The position numbers and the translations under genes are program-made. Below, in pieces: positions 26,224 through 35,907 of a stretch of 64,000 bases of DNA (within the stretch, counting starts at the first letter, position 1; each line of letters opens with the position of its first letter). This stretch comes from an uncultured Candidatus Saccharibacteria bacterium. Lineage in GTDB: Bacteria; Patescibacteriota; Minisyncoccia; Phycocordibacterales; Zambryskibacteraceae. The DNA is taken from positions 14,871 through 78,870 of the forward strand of contig CAYUOR010000003.1 in the NCBI GenBank assembly GCA_964446535.1. Reading direction: 5' to 3'. The notes under the pieces are model-generated. The model searched no databases, had not been told where the DNA came from, and saw nothing but the letters and a program-made list of their open reading frames with translations.

Positions 26224-27749
26224 GAACTTGTTATCACGGTTATATAACCAGAACCAGCCGTATCAGACGAGCCAACATAAATAAAGTTACCCTCACAATC
26301 GATGCTTCTGCCTACACTACCTGATGGCATGGGAATTGAGGCGGAAGAAATTATGTTTGAAGGATTGGTGGTGTTAAGAATTTTTAAACTTTCGTTAGTC
26401 AAAATAAAAGATAAATAATCTCTGACCAAAAGATCGTTTATGCTATCGTCTGCAGCATATTCCCCTATTGGCGTATCATTAACAGCTGTTGGATTTGAAA
26501 CGTCTATGATATGAAATTCCGGGTTTGATGAAAACACGGTTTCGGTTCTTCCCAAATACAGAGTATCTCCGACAAGAGCCAGGCTCTTTCCATTTCCCGC
26601 GTTATCATTGGCGTGGAAACCGCCGACTCTTGACGGATTCCTGGGGTCAATAATATTTATTATCGTTAGCTGCTCCTGCGGGTTGTTAGAACTGTCAGTT
26701 GGGTGGGCGAGATAGGCGTGGCCGTTACGAACCGCCAAAGCATTTACCGGCTGGAGTGAACTTTGTCCTTGAGTTGGCCAGCCGCCCACCCAGAACGGTG
26801 AGAGGGGGGTGTGGACATCTATGATATGAAACTCTGGTCCGCTTCCAGTCTTTGAAAGCCCGAGATAAATATATCCATCCTTATAAAAAATATTTTTACC
26901 TATAGCCTGACCGCCCGAGCCAGTCACTCTGGCCCCAGATGAGGTTGCAAGCTTCAGACTGACTATAGCTGGATTCCAGTTGCTAGTGGGTGAGCTGACA
27001 TCCACCACCTGAAGCTGGGCACAACTTGGTCCCACCGAGCAGGAGTTAAAATTTGCATCGTGTGCGTTCGCGACATACGCGTAATCCCCGGCGACCTTGA
27101 CGGCGTTGAGGCCGTCTCTTGTACTACCGGCATTGTCTGTACCGCCCAAATATATAGGCTTCGTTGATTGATTTGAAATATCAAAAACAAAAAGAGTTTT
27201 GTCGATATTTACCGCAGTTTCACCGACCGTTACATAAAGCTTCCCCCTATAAGCATCGAGATCGGTAACTGGATATGTGCCAGAAAGACCGGCGGGCAGA
27301 AGATCAGAGGCGCGCAAAGTATATGTACGAGCTACGGGGCTAGACCAATTACCTTCTGGAGAAGAATTGCAGGTAGAGGCGCCAACGGAACTTGAAAAAT
27401 CTGTTACGATAGTTTTTAATTCAACACTTTGTCTCAGGCCGCGCTCGCTTTGCCAACTGATTTCTACCACTACCTCTTTTGTTAAAAAGTCTGGGCGAAG
27501 ATTTACAGAAATTCTCTCGGTGTAGAAGCCGTTGTGGGTCGTGGTGGAATTTACCAAATTAAAATCTTTCCGCGCCAGCGCCTGTTGTCTTTCTATAAGA
27601 GCTTGTGCTCGTTTAAGTGCTTCACTCGCGGACTCGCTACTGGCAAGCGACATCTGATTGCCAAAAGAAATAAGTATCACAGATGAGAGAACTATGACCA
27701 TTATGGTCATGGCGATAATCACTTCCAGGGTTGAAAATCCTTTATTCAT
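26220..27749 (-). CDS. Minor pilin fused to LVIVD-repeat propeller
   Basis: MNKG/FSTLEVIIAM; repeated GDYAYVA / LQVVDVSSP / FHIIDV units. Confidence 0.85.
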   Translation of the reverse strand: MNKGFSTLEVIIAMTIMVIVLSSVILISFGNQMSLASSESASEALKRAQALIERQQALARKDFNLVNSTTTHNGFYTERISVNLRPDFLTKEVVVEISWQSERGLRQSVELKTIVTDFSSSVGASTCNSSPEGNWSSPVARTYTLRASDLLPAGLSGTYPVTDLDAYRGKLYVTVGETAVNIDKTLFVFDISNQSTKPIYLGGTDNAGSTRDGLNAVKVAGDYAYVANAHDANFNSCSVGPSCAQLQVVDVSSPTSNWNPAIVSLKLATSSGARVTGSGGQAIGKNIFYKDGYIYLGLSKTGSGPEFHIIDVHTPLSPFWVGGWPTQGQSSLQPVNALAVRNGHAYLAHPTDSSNNPQEQLTIINIIDPRNPSRVGGFHANDNAGNGKSLALVGDTLYLGRTETVFSSNPEFHIIDVSNPTAVNDTPIGEYAADDSINDLLVRDYLSFILTNESLKILNTTNPSNIISSASIPMPSGSVGRSIDCEGNFIYVGSSDTAGSGYITVITSS

Positions 27750-27750
27750 T

Positions 27751-28230
27751 TTATTTTGTCCAGAAAATCTGTCCTTCGGAGCCAATAGTTGTGGTTGAAA
27801 CGGTGCCAGAATCGGAAATAATAATATCCCCCGCTGTAAACACTTCGCCCGAGAGTGGCTGGAAAACGATTTCAGCCAGTCCTGTGACGAAAGCGCCACC
27901 AGTCTTTTCAACCACCTCGTTGTATTCGTCATCGGGATTATAAGAACTGCCCTGAAAAATTATGAATCGGTCACTCTCTATCTTTACGCCATGTGGTAGA
28001 CCGTCCGTGCAGAGTGGTCCGAAACAAGTATTGCTTATTGCTAAGGCACGAGCTCGGTGTAGGGTGCTTATAAGGAGGTCTCGATCTGAGCGAAAAATTT
28101 GTTTTTTGAAACTATCTACCCCCATAACCATAGAAAACCCGCCGATGAGAGCCACCAAGCCGAGCACTACGAGAATTTCCATTAGGGTCATTCCTCGGTC
28201 GAGTCTCTGTTTTCGGAGAACGTGCGACAT
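27751..28230 (-). CDS. Minor pilin (FimT/GspH-like)
   Basis: RG/MTLMEILVVL. Confidence 0.85.
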   Translation of the reverse strand: MSHVLRKQRLDRGMTLMEILVVLGLVALIGGFSMVMGVDSFKKQIFRSDRDLLISTLHRARALAISNTCFGPLCTDGLPHGVKIESDRFIIFQGSSYNPDDEYNEVVEKTGGAFVTGLAEIVFQPLSGEVFTAGDIIISDSGTVSTTTIGSEGQIFWTK

Positions 28231-28239
28231 TTGTCTGGA

Positions 28240-29355
28240 TTATTTTTGAAGTCCTTGGGTAATGCTATAGATGGGGGTAATTATGGAAATGGCGACAAAG
28301 CCAACGAGTAACCCCATGATAACCATGAGCACCGGTTCAATCATGTTGGATAAATTTTTTGTTGAATCCTCCACCTCGCTCTCATACATATCCGAGAGAT
28401 AGTTCAGAGTCTCGGAAAGGTTGCCGCTTCGTTCGCCGACAGAAATAATTTGTGAGAGAACATCAGGAAAAAGTTTTCTATAATTTTTCATGTGAGAAGA
28501 AATTTTTTCTCCTCTGTTGGCAACTTCCGCAAGTTTTTCAAGTTCGGATCGGTAAATCAAATTATTAGTTGAGCGCGAGGTTATCGGCAGGGCTTCGGAA
28601 AGAGTCATTCCACCATTAAGAAGAAGGCCTAGAGTGCGGCTAATGTTGGCTAGATGATAATTTTGAATCATCTGGCCGATTAGCGGGGCGCGCATAGAAA
28701 GTCTGTCAAACCAGTAGTGGAATCTTTCGCTTCTTTTAAAAACGAATCTAAGCACTAGAACGAAAACAATGATTCCCAACAATAACCAAAGTCCGTAGGC
28801 GCCAAGAAAGTTGCTCGTGGCAATAAGAATCTTTGTGGTTACAGGTAATTCGACGTTAAGACTAAGGAAAATTGGCATTATCTTCGGAAAAATAAAGACA
28901 ATAAGGAGGCTTGTAATACCTATGGTGGCTAAGGTAATAAAAATCGGATATACCATTGCGCCAACCACCTTTCGCCTTAGAAGTTGCCGCTTCTTTAACT
29001 CTTCAGCCAGATAGGAAAGGTTCTCGCTGAGAGCTCCAGTCTGTTCGCCAACAGCAATAATACTTATGGCAAAATCACCAAAAGCGTTTTTGAAATTTTT
29101 TAGACTATCGGAGAGCGAACGACCGCTTGAAACATCGGCTATCGTCCTTTCAAGGAGTCTGTTATAACTTTTGGAAATTGTTTGCTCCCGAATCATGCTC
29201 AAAGCCTCAATAAGTGAAACTCCGGCATTAATAAGAAATGAAAGACGCTTTGCAAAAAAGGCTTGTTCACCTATAGAAAACTTGCCGAACCTGAAATTTG
29301 TCAAAGAACTTTTAAAAGATTTGCCGCCACTACTACTTACTTTTTTTGAAAACAT
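28240..29355 (-). CDS. pilC: Pilus platform protein (PilC/GspF)
   Basis: Two T2SSF repeats: GEQTGAL and GERSGNL..IEP. Confidence 0.93.
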   Translation of the reverse strand: MFSKKVSSSGGKSFKSSLTNFRFGKFSIGEQAFFAKRLSFLINAGVSLIEALSMIREQTISKSYNRLLERTIADVSSGRSLSDSLKNFKNAFGDFAISIIAVGEQTGALSENLSYLAEELKKRQLLRRKVVGAMVYPIFITLATIGITSLLIVFIFPKIMPIFLSLNVELPVTTKILIATSNFLGAYGLWLLLGIIVFVLVLRFVFKRSERFHYWFDRLSMRAPLIGQMIQNYHLANISRTLGLLLNGGMTLSEALPITSRSTNNLIYRSELEKLAEVANRGEKISSHMKNYRKLFPDVLSQIISVGERSGNLSETLNYLSDMYESEVEDSTKNLSNMIEPVLMVIMGLLVGFVAISIITPIYSITQGLQK

Positions 29356-29356
29356 C

Positions 29357-30574
29357 TTACTCGTGAATTACGCGCAGGACTTCTTCTAGGGTTGTCTCTC
29401 CCCTTTTGGTGCGATTTATACCGTCTTCAAGCATGGTGGTCATACCATTTTTAACAGCGATTTTTTTAAGTTCGGAGGCCGACGCCTTGCGAAGGATGGC
29501 TTCTCTGATTTCATCATCTGCTACCAGAACCTCGTTGATACAAATTCTACCTGAGTAACCTGAATCATTACATTTCTTGCAACCCTTACCATGAAAAATG
29601 GTCTCGCCCCCCTCGAGATCTGAGAGAAGGGTGTTATTTTTCAGACCCTCTTTCATGGCTGTGGTTAGAGCCACCGGCTCTTTGCAGTGTTCACATATTT
29701 TCCTTACCAGCCTTTGGCCAATTATGATATTCACGGTCGAGGCAACAAGATAGGTTTCAATACCCATATCTAGCAATCTCGGTAGCGTCGTGGCGGCATC
29801 GTTTGTGTGAAGGGTAGAGAGTAAGAGGTGTCCGGTGAGTGCCGTATTTACCGCAATGTTAGCTGTTTCAGAATCGCGGATTTCTCCAACCATAATGATA
29901 TTAGGGTCCTGGCGAAGAATGGAACGCAGACCGTTGGCAAAGGTGAGGCCGGTACGATGATTTACCTGAATTTGTTCTACGTCGGGAATAGCATACTCTA
30001 TCGGATCTTCTATGGTAATTATGGAAACTTCCGGTGAATTTAACATTTTTATCATTGTGTAAAGAGTTGTAGTTTTACCGGAACCGGTCGGACCAGTAGA
30101 GAGAATCATGCCATTCGGCTTTCTCAGGGCTGTAATTATTTTCTTTCTATCTCCCTCAGAGAAACCCAGGCTTTTAAGATCAAAGTTCTCCGATTTGTCG
30201 GCCAGGAGTCGTAGAACCGCGTTTTCACCGTGATACGTTGGTACAATAGAAACCCTGATATCGATGTGGCGCCCATCGGAAAGGTCTTGGCGTAAGCGCC
30301 CGTCTTGAGTCGCGTTATGTTCGTCTGTGCGAAGACGCGAAAGAACTTTAATACGAGAAATCACTTCTGGGTGAATCGTTTTGGGGAAATTATAAACATC
30401 CTGTAGTACGCCGTCTATGCGAAACCGGACTCGAACTTTATCAACCAGTGGGTCAATGTGAATGTCCGAGGCATGAACTTCATGAGCCTTTTCTATAAGG
30501 GAATTTACCAGACCGATAATCGAGAGATTGGTGCCATTGGCAAGTTCCTTCTCTACCGTGTTGGGGTTCGACAT
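29357..30574 (-). CDS. pilB: Pilus assembly ATPase (GspE/PilB, short form)
   Basis: ASDIHIDP, GPTGSGKTTT, LRQDPNIIMVGEIRD, CEHC/CKKC. Confidence 0.93.
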   Translation of the reverse strand: MSNPNTVEKELANGTNLSIIGLVNSLIEKAHEVHASDIHIDPLVDKVRVRFRIDGVLQDVYNFPKTIHPEVISRIKVLSRLRTDEHNATQDGRLRQDLSDGRHIDIRVSIVPTYHGENAVLRLLADKSENFDLKSLGFSEGDRKKIITALRKPNGMILSTGPTGSGKTTTLYTMIKMLNSPEVSIITIEDPIEYAIPDVEQIQVNHRTGLTFANGLRSILRQDPNIIMVGEIRDSETANIAVNTALTGHLLLSTLHTNDAATTLPRLLDMGIETYLVASTVNIIIGQRLVRKICEHCKEPVALTTAMKEGLKNNTLLSDLEGGETIFHGKGCKKCNDSGYSGRICINEVLVADDEIREAILRKASASELKKIAVKNGMTTMLEDGINRTKRGETTLEEVLRVIHE

Positions 30575-30685
30575 AATTCAACTGCTGTGACAACGAACTA
30601 TACTACAAATTATAGAAATATCAAAATAAAAATCGCCGCAAATCAATACGGCAATTTTTATTCAGCGAGAGCGGAAAAGCTGTCG

Positions 30686-31219
30686 TTACCTGACGTTTTT
30701 TACCTCAGCTTGGAGTCTTTTGAGCTGTTCTAGAAGTGACTGTATTTGCTTTTCAAGCTCGGCAATTCTTGAGGAAGTCTGGGATTCGTCTCTAATATGG
30801 AGAGCGGTAATGCCGCCGGAAGCTTCGTCGATCTGGCCTTTACCAGAAAGAATGTCACCAGACTTCATATCGGCAAGTGAAGCTACGCCCACTATCTGGG
30901 TACTAGAATTAGTAACAAGTGTCAGGGGTAAACCGTAGATAGTAATTGCAACATTAGAGCCAGAAAGTGAAACAAATTTTGCTCCGCTAAACTGGACTGT
31001 GCCTGAAGGATTTATTGAGAAACCAACTTTTGAACCTTCGTGCATTGCCTTATTCTCAGATTTGGTTTCAACTTTGTACTCGGTTTTTACCTTGATTGGT
31101 TCCGGTTCCTTCGTTGAATTCTCGGCAAAAGCAAGTTGTGCCGAAAACATTACTGCAAAGACAAGACCTGTTGCTAAAACTCCTAAAATTATTCCCCTTC
31201 TAAACGTATATTCATTCAT
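30686..31219 (-). CDS. Secreted hypothetical protein
   Basis: Signal peptide (AFA) and C-terminal coiled coil. Confidence 0.75.
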   Translation of the reverse strand: MNEYTFRRGIILGVLATGLVFAVMFSAQLAFAENSTKEPEPIKVKTEYKVETKSENKAMHEGSKVGFSINPSGTVQFSGAKFVSLSGSNVAITIYGLPLTLVTNSSTQIVGVASLADMKSGDILSGKGQIDEASGGITALHIRDESQTSSRIAELEKQIQSLLEQLKRLQAEVKNVR

Positions 31220-31364
31220 TGTTTTTTATGCTTTATGTGCTAACTACACGATTGTAACACGTCCGTTATACACTTTTTACCCACAGGATATTCACTTAGT
31301 TTTCAGAAAAAGAAATTATCAGTAGGAAAAAACTTTATGCGAGTCTTGTGATAAAATCAAAGAA

Positions 31365-31922
31365 ATGAGAAAAAGCTGGCTAATCTTTCTAATTTTACTT
31401 CTAGTTCTACTTGGCGTTGGTTTATATTTCCTAGGTGGCAAAAATTCAAGCACTAGTGTTGGTAAGCCGATAGTAGATGAGGGGGGTGTTGTCCGCCAAG
31501 ATCCTTCAGGCGCTACTTTTATAATTGACGGTGAAAATATCAAGCTCGTTGATGGAAAAAATAAAACAAAAATTGCCCCAGAGAGCTCATTTATCGAGGA
31601 AACGTCTCTCTTAGATAAATTTGCTTATGGCGACCTTAATTCTGACGGCAAAGAAGATACCGCCCTTCTTCTGGTGCGTTATGGGGCCGGTTCAGGAACT
31701 TTTGTATATCTAGCGGTATACATATCGGGCCCCGTCACCTACCACGGCTCAAATGCGATTTTTCTTGGAGACCGAATATCGCCGGAAACGATATCTATAA
31801 AGAATGGAGTTGTGTCCGTAAAATATTTGGATAGAAAGCTAGATGAGCCGATGGTAGCTGAACCCACAATTTCGGTTACAAGAGAATTTATATACAAAAA
31901 CGGAAGTTTGCAGGAAAAATAA
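31365..31922 (+). CDS. Membrane-anchored hypothetical protein
   Basis: N-terminal TM; GDLNSDGKED..GSGTF.YL..LGDRI. Confidence 0.8.
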   Translation: MRKSWLIFLILLLVLLGVGLYFLGGKNSSTSVGKPIVDEGGVVRQDPSGATFIIDGENIKLVDGKNKTKIAPESSFIEETSLLDKFAYGDLNSDGKEDTALLLVRYGAGSGTFVYLAVYISGPVTYHGSNAIFLGDRISPETISIKNGVVSVKYLDRKLDEPMVAEPTISVTREFIYKNGSLQEK

Positions 31923-31995
31923 CAGAGAGTTTAGTGGTATTTAGCCGAGTTTTATGATTTAATGTTTTCTTCCGCCATTCCGGCGGTTTTAAGTT

Positions 31996-33816
31996 ATGGA
32001 GATAAGAAATATCGCTATTATTGCCCACGTTGACCACGGCAAGACCACCCTGACTGATGCTCTAATGCGCCAAACTGGAGTGGCGGAAGAGGGTGTATCT
32101 ATGGACTCAAACGCGCTTGAGCTCGAGCGCGGTATTACTATTTATTCAAAAAATACTTCAATCTTTTATCCAAAAAATGGTGAAAAGCGCCCCGTAACAA
32201 AGATAAACATAGTTGACACGCCTGGACACTCAGACTTTGGCTCAGAGGTGGAGCGAGTTTTGCGGTCGATTGACACGGTGCTTTTGGTAGTTGATGCTCA
32301 AGAAGGACCCATGCCTCAAACACGTTTCGTTCTTAAAAAATCATTGGAGCTTGGCCTCAAGCCTATTGTGGTTATAAATAAAATAGACAAGGCTGCGGCA
32401 AGGCCCGAAGCTGTGCACGAAGAGGTCTTAGAACTTTTTATAGAGTTGGGAGCAAATAACGAACAAATAGATTTTCCAACGGTTTACGCCATAGGCAGGC
32501 AGGGAATTGCCAAAAAAGGTCTTCAAGATGAATCTAGGGACTTGACTCCACTTCTTGAAACCATCCTCGAGCATGTCGCGCCATCATCCAAGAATGATAT
32601 AGAACAGAAGCCGGAAGACTTGTCGGCACAACCCTTTAATCTGGCGTACGATAATTTCCTTGGACGCCTGGCGGTCACACGCATTTACGAAGGAGGGGTA
32701 AAAAGCGGACAGAAAGTTTTCGTAAAAAAACCGAATGGTGAATCTTATGAAGGAAAAATTACAAAGCTCTACACCTTTGAAGGTCTAAAAAGAAAAGAAA
32801 CGGAAGAGGTTAGGGCTGGAGATATTTGTATAATTGCCGGTCTCCCAGAAATTTATATTGGTGACACTATTGTGGGTGGAGAAGGTATTCCGGCGCTGCC
32901 GGCCATTTCTATTGACGAGCCAACAATATCACTAAATTTTCTTGTAAACGACTCCCCTTTCGCTGGTCGCTCGGGCAAGTTTGTAACAGGTAGACAAATC
33001 CGTGAACGATTAGAGCGTGAACTTGAGGTTAATGTTGGGCTTAGAGTAAATTTTGCTACTGGAGAAATTATGACGGTCTACGGTCGTGGCGAGCTTCATA
33101 TCGCCGTCTTGCTTGAGAATATGCGAAGAGAAGGTTTCGAGCTGCAGGTCTCGCAACCACAAGTGCTTGAGAAGGTGGAGAATGACACAAAACTTGAGCC
33201 ATATGAAGAGGTTGTTGTAGATGTGCCAAGCGATATGGCAAGCGCTATAATCGCCCGCCTTTCGGAACGTCGGGGAACCATGATTGATATGAAAGTTCAT
33301 GAAAATCAGAACAGAATAATCTTTGAAATTCCAACCAGAGGTCTTCTTGGTTATAGAAATCAATTTGTTGTCGATACTAAGGGGCTTGGTATTCTTTCTT
33401 CTAGATTTATTGCCTTTAAACCACACGCCGGAGACATGAAGCATGAGAAGAATGGTGCCATGATTTCTATGGAAAAGGGAAAGGCCCTCGCTTTTGCCCT
33501 CGACAATCTGCAAAAGAGAGGCGTTCTCTACATAGAACCCGGTGATGAAATTTATGAGGGTCAGGTTGTCGGCAATACCGCCAAAGGAGAAGATCTCTAC
33601 GTTAATCCAACCAAAGGTAAACAACTAACGAACATGCGCGCCTCGGGTTCGGACGAGGGTATTTTTCTCGCTCCTGCCTACAAATTGGATATAGAGAAAG
33701 CTATGGAGATTATGAATAGTGACGAATACATAGAAATTACACCCGAGGCGGTTCGGTTAAGAAAAATTTACTTGACCAAAGAAGCCCGTACAAAAGCGAT
33801 GAGGAAAGCGGTATAA
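31996..33816 (+). CDS. typA: Translational GTPase TypA/BipA
   Basis: AHVDHGKTT, DTPGH, NKID, GRGELH. Confidence 0.97.
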   Translation: MEIRNIAIIAHVDHGKTTLTDALMRQTGVAEEGVSMDSNALELERGITIYSKNTSIFYPKNGEKRPVTKINIVDTPGHSDFGSEVERVLRSIDTVLLVVDAQEGPMPQTRFVLKKSLELGLKPIVVINKIDKAAARPEAVHEEVLELFIELGANNEQIDFPTVYAIGRQGIAKKGLQDESRDLTPLLETILEHVAPSSKNDIEQKPEDLSAQPFNLAYDNFLGRLAVTRIYEGGVKSGQKVFVKKPNGESYEGKITKLYTFEGLKRKETEEVRAGDICIIAGLPEIYIGDTIVGGEGIPALPAISIDEPTISLNFLVNDSPFAGRSGKFVTGRQIRERLERELEVNVGLRVNFATGEIMTVYGRGELHIAVLLENMRREGFELQVSQPQVLEKVENDTKLEPYEEVVVDVPSDMASAIIARLSERRGTMIDMKVHENQNRIIFEIPTRGLLGYRNQFVVDTKGLGILSSRFIAFKPHAGDMKHEKNGAMISMEKGKALAFALDNLQKRGVLYIEPGDEIYEGQVVGNTAKGEDLYVNPTKGKQLTNMRASGSDEGIFLAPAYKLDIEKAMEIMNSDEYIEITPEAVRLRKIYLTKEARTKAMRKAV

Positions 33817-33823
33817 TATCGCT

Positions 33824-34591
33824 ATGAAAAAACTCGAGACTTCTTCATATAAAGGGGTTAGGGATTTCTACCCGGAGGATATGAAGGTGCAGAATTACAT
33901 TTTCGATACCTGGCGTAAGGTGGCAGAAAAATTCGGCTACGTTGAATACGGCGCCTCGATCCTTGAGCCAACAGAGCTCTACACGGAAAAATCGGGCGCA
34001 GAGATTATAAACGAGCAAACCTTTACCTTTACTGACAGGGGTGAGCGTTCTGTTACCTTGCGACCGGAGATGACACCGACACTTGCACGCATGGTCGCCG
34101 CTAGGCGTAGGAACTTGAAATTTCCTCTTCGGTGGTACGCCATACCAAATCTTTTCCGCTACGAACGCCCGCAGCGAGGTAGAAAGCGAGAACATTGGCA
34201 ACTGAATTGTGATCTCTTGGGCATAGAAGGTGTTGAGGGCGATAAGGAAATAATTTCTCTCGCATACAGTGTTATGAAAGAATTTGGTGCCAAAGATTCT
34301 GATTTTGAGATTAGAATAAACAATGCCGATATAGAGAAATTTCGAGATATCGGGGCGAATTTTGTCTACGACGCTTCCCTGGCAAGAGGGCAAACATATT
34401 ATACTGGGGTAGTTTTTGAAATATTCGATACCGATAAATCAAACCCTAGGGCTCTGGCGGGTGGTGGGCGCTACGACAACCTTCTGGAGCTTTTTGACGT
34501 GGCGCCAGTGCCGGCGATTGGCTTCGGTATGGGTGATATCACTTTGCGCGACTTTCTTGAAACTCATGGACTGCCCATATGCGCAAGGTAG
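33824..34591 (+). CDS. hisS: Histidyl-tRNA synthetase, minimal catalytic core
   Basis: KGVRD, LRPEMT, FRYERPQRGRKREHWQ, RGQTYYTG, GGGRYD, GFGMG; only 255 aa. Confidence 0.82.
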   Translation: MKKLETSSYKGVRDFYPEDMKVQNYIFDTWRKVAEKFGYVEYGASILEPTELYTEKSGAEIINEQTFTFTDRGERSVTLRPEMTPTLARMVAARRRNLKFPLRWYAIPNLFRYERPQRGRKREHWQLNCDLLGIEGVEGDKEIISLAYSVMKEFGAKDSDFEIRINNADIEKFRDIGANFVYDASLARGQTYYTGVVFEIFDTDKSNPRALAGGGRYDNLLELFDVAPVPAIGFGMGDITLRDFLETHGLPICAR

Positions 34592-35154
34592 TTTTTGATA
34601 TAGAAACTAAAAATTTTTTTTCTGACGTTGGGGGTAACGACCCAGCGCTTTTGGATTTGGCTCTGGTTGCCATTCACGACTCGGAAACTAATTCTTACCA
34701 GTCGTTTCTCGAGGAAGAGCTAGTCAGGCTCTGGCCAATAATTGAGCGGGCCGATGTTCTCATAGGCTTTAACTCGGACCATTTTGATATACCTCTTCTC
34801 AATAAATATTATTCGGGGGATTTAACAAAAATAAAAAGCCTGGACTTACTCAAAGAGATAAAAAATACTTACGGCAGAAGAATGCGTTTGGATCAGCTCG
34901 CCGAGGGCACTCTTGGTAAAAATAAGTCGGGGGGTGGTGCTGATGCTATAAACTGGTGGCGAGCTGGGGATATAGAGCGAGTTCGCTCATACTGTATTGA
35001 CGATGTTAGGCTTACCAAGGAGCTTTACGAATATGCGTTAAAAAACGGAAAACTTATTTTTAAAGAAGGTGGAGTATTGAACGAAATAAAGCTTGATGTT
35101 TCAAGTTGGGAGAGGCCAAATGGGCACAAACTTACCTTTTCGCTACCGTTTTAA
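34579..35154 (+). CDS. RNase H-like 3'-5' exonuclease domain protein
   Basis: FDIET, GFNSDHFD, YCIDDV. Confidence 0.85.
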   Translation: MRKVVFDIETKNFFSDVGGNDPALLDLALVAIHDSETNSYQSFLEEELVRLWPIIERADVLIGFNSDHFDIPLLNKYYSGDLTKIKSLDLLKEIKNTYGRRMRLDQLAEGTLGKNKSGGGADAINWWRAGDIERVRSYCIDDVRLTKELYEYALKNGKLIFKEGGVLNEIKLDVSSWERPNGHKLTFSLPF

Positions 35155-35193
35155 TTCTGATATAATTGTTTTCATAAACATTAATTAAAAACT

Positions 35194-35907
35194 ATGGATC
35201 CAAATCAAAATCCTGACTCGAACCCCTTAAACAGAAACTTGGTGCCTTTAGCCATAGTAATTGCTGGCGCGCTTGTTGCCCTAGCAATTTACTTTGGTGG
35301 AAGCGACTCATCTTTGCGTCTGCCGACAGGAAACGCCGAGAACACAACCACAAAGGCCGAGATCGCCCCAATTACCGAAAGAGATCACATCCTAGGCAGT
35401 CTTAACGCCGAACTTACCGTAGTTGAGTATTCTGACACCGAATGTCCATACTGTAAGGTCTTTCATAAAACAATGCACCAAGTCGTTGAAGACTACCAAG
35501 GCAGAGTAGCTTGGGTTTATAGACACTTCCCGATAGTACAACTGCACGCCAAGGCGCCAAAAGAAGCAGAAGCAACAGAATGTGCGGCTGAACTTGGCGG
35601 TAATCAAGCTTTTTGGAGATATATAGACAGGCTCTTTGAGCTTACGAATTCCAATGATTCACTCGACCTCGCAGAGTTGCCAAAGATTGCCGTCGCCATA
35701 GGACTTAACCAAGCCGCCTTTAATGAATGTCTCTCAAGCGGAAGGCACTCTGAATTCGTCGCGAAAAGTGTCGAGGCAGCTGTTAAGGCCGGAGCCCGCG
35801 GCACCCCGCACTCTGTTATTGTAACTAAGGGTGGGAAACAGCTGGTTATAAACGGAGCTGAGCCGATAGAATCAGTAAAGGCAAAGATTGATTCTCTCCT
35901 TAAGTAA
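35194..35907 (+). CDS. DsbA family thiol-disulfide oxidoreductase
   Basis: EYSDTECPYC, YRHFP, GTP; N-terminal TM. Confidence 0.92.
   Translation: MDPNQNPDSNPLNRNLVPLAIVIAGALVALAIYFGGSDSSLRLPTGNAENTTTKAEIAPITERDHILGSLNAELTVVEYSDTECPYCKVFHKTMHQVVEDYQGRVAWVYRHFPIVQLHAKAPKEAEATECAAELGGNQAFWRYIDRLFELTNSNDSLDLAELPKIAVAIGLNQAAFNECLSSGRHSEFVAKSVEAAVKAGARGTPHSVIVTKGGKQLVINGAEPIESVKAKIDSLLK

Noticed and set aside
27750-27932. Longer start for the LVIVD pilin
   Set aside because: It overlaps the upstream pilin; the class III signal begins at MNKGF (27749).
33824-34591. HisZ call for the short hisS
   Set aside because: The histidine- and ATP-binding motifs are retained and no his biosynthesis genes are nearby, so HisRS is preferred, though not proven.
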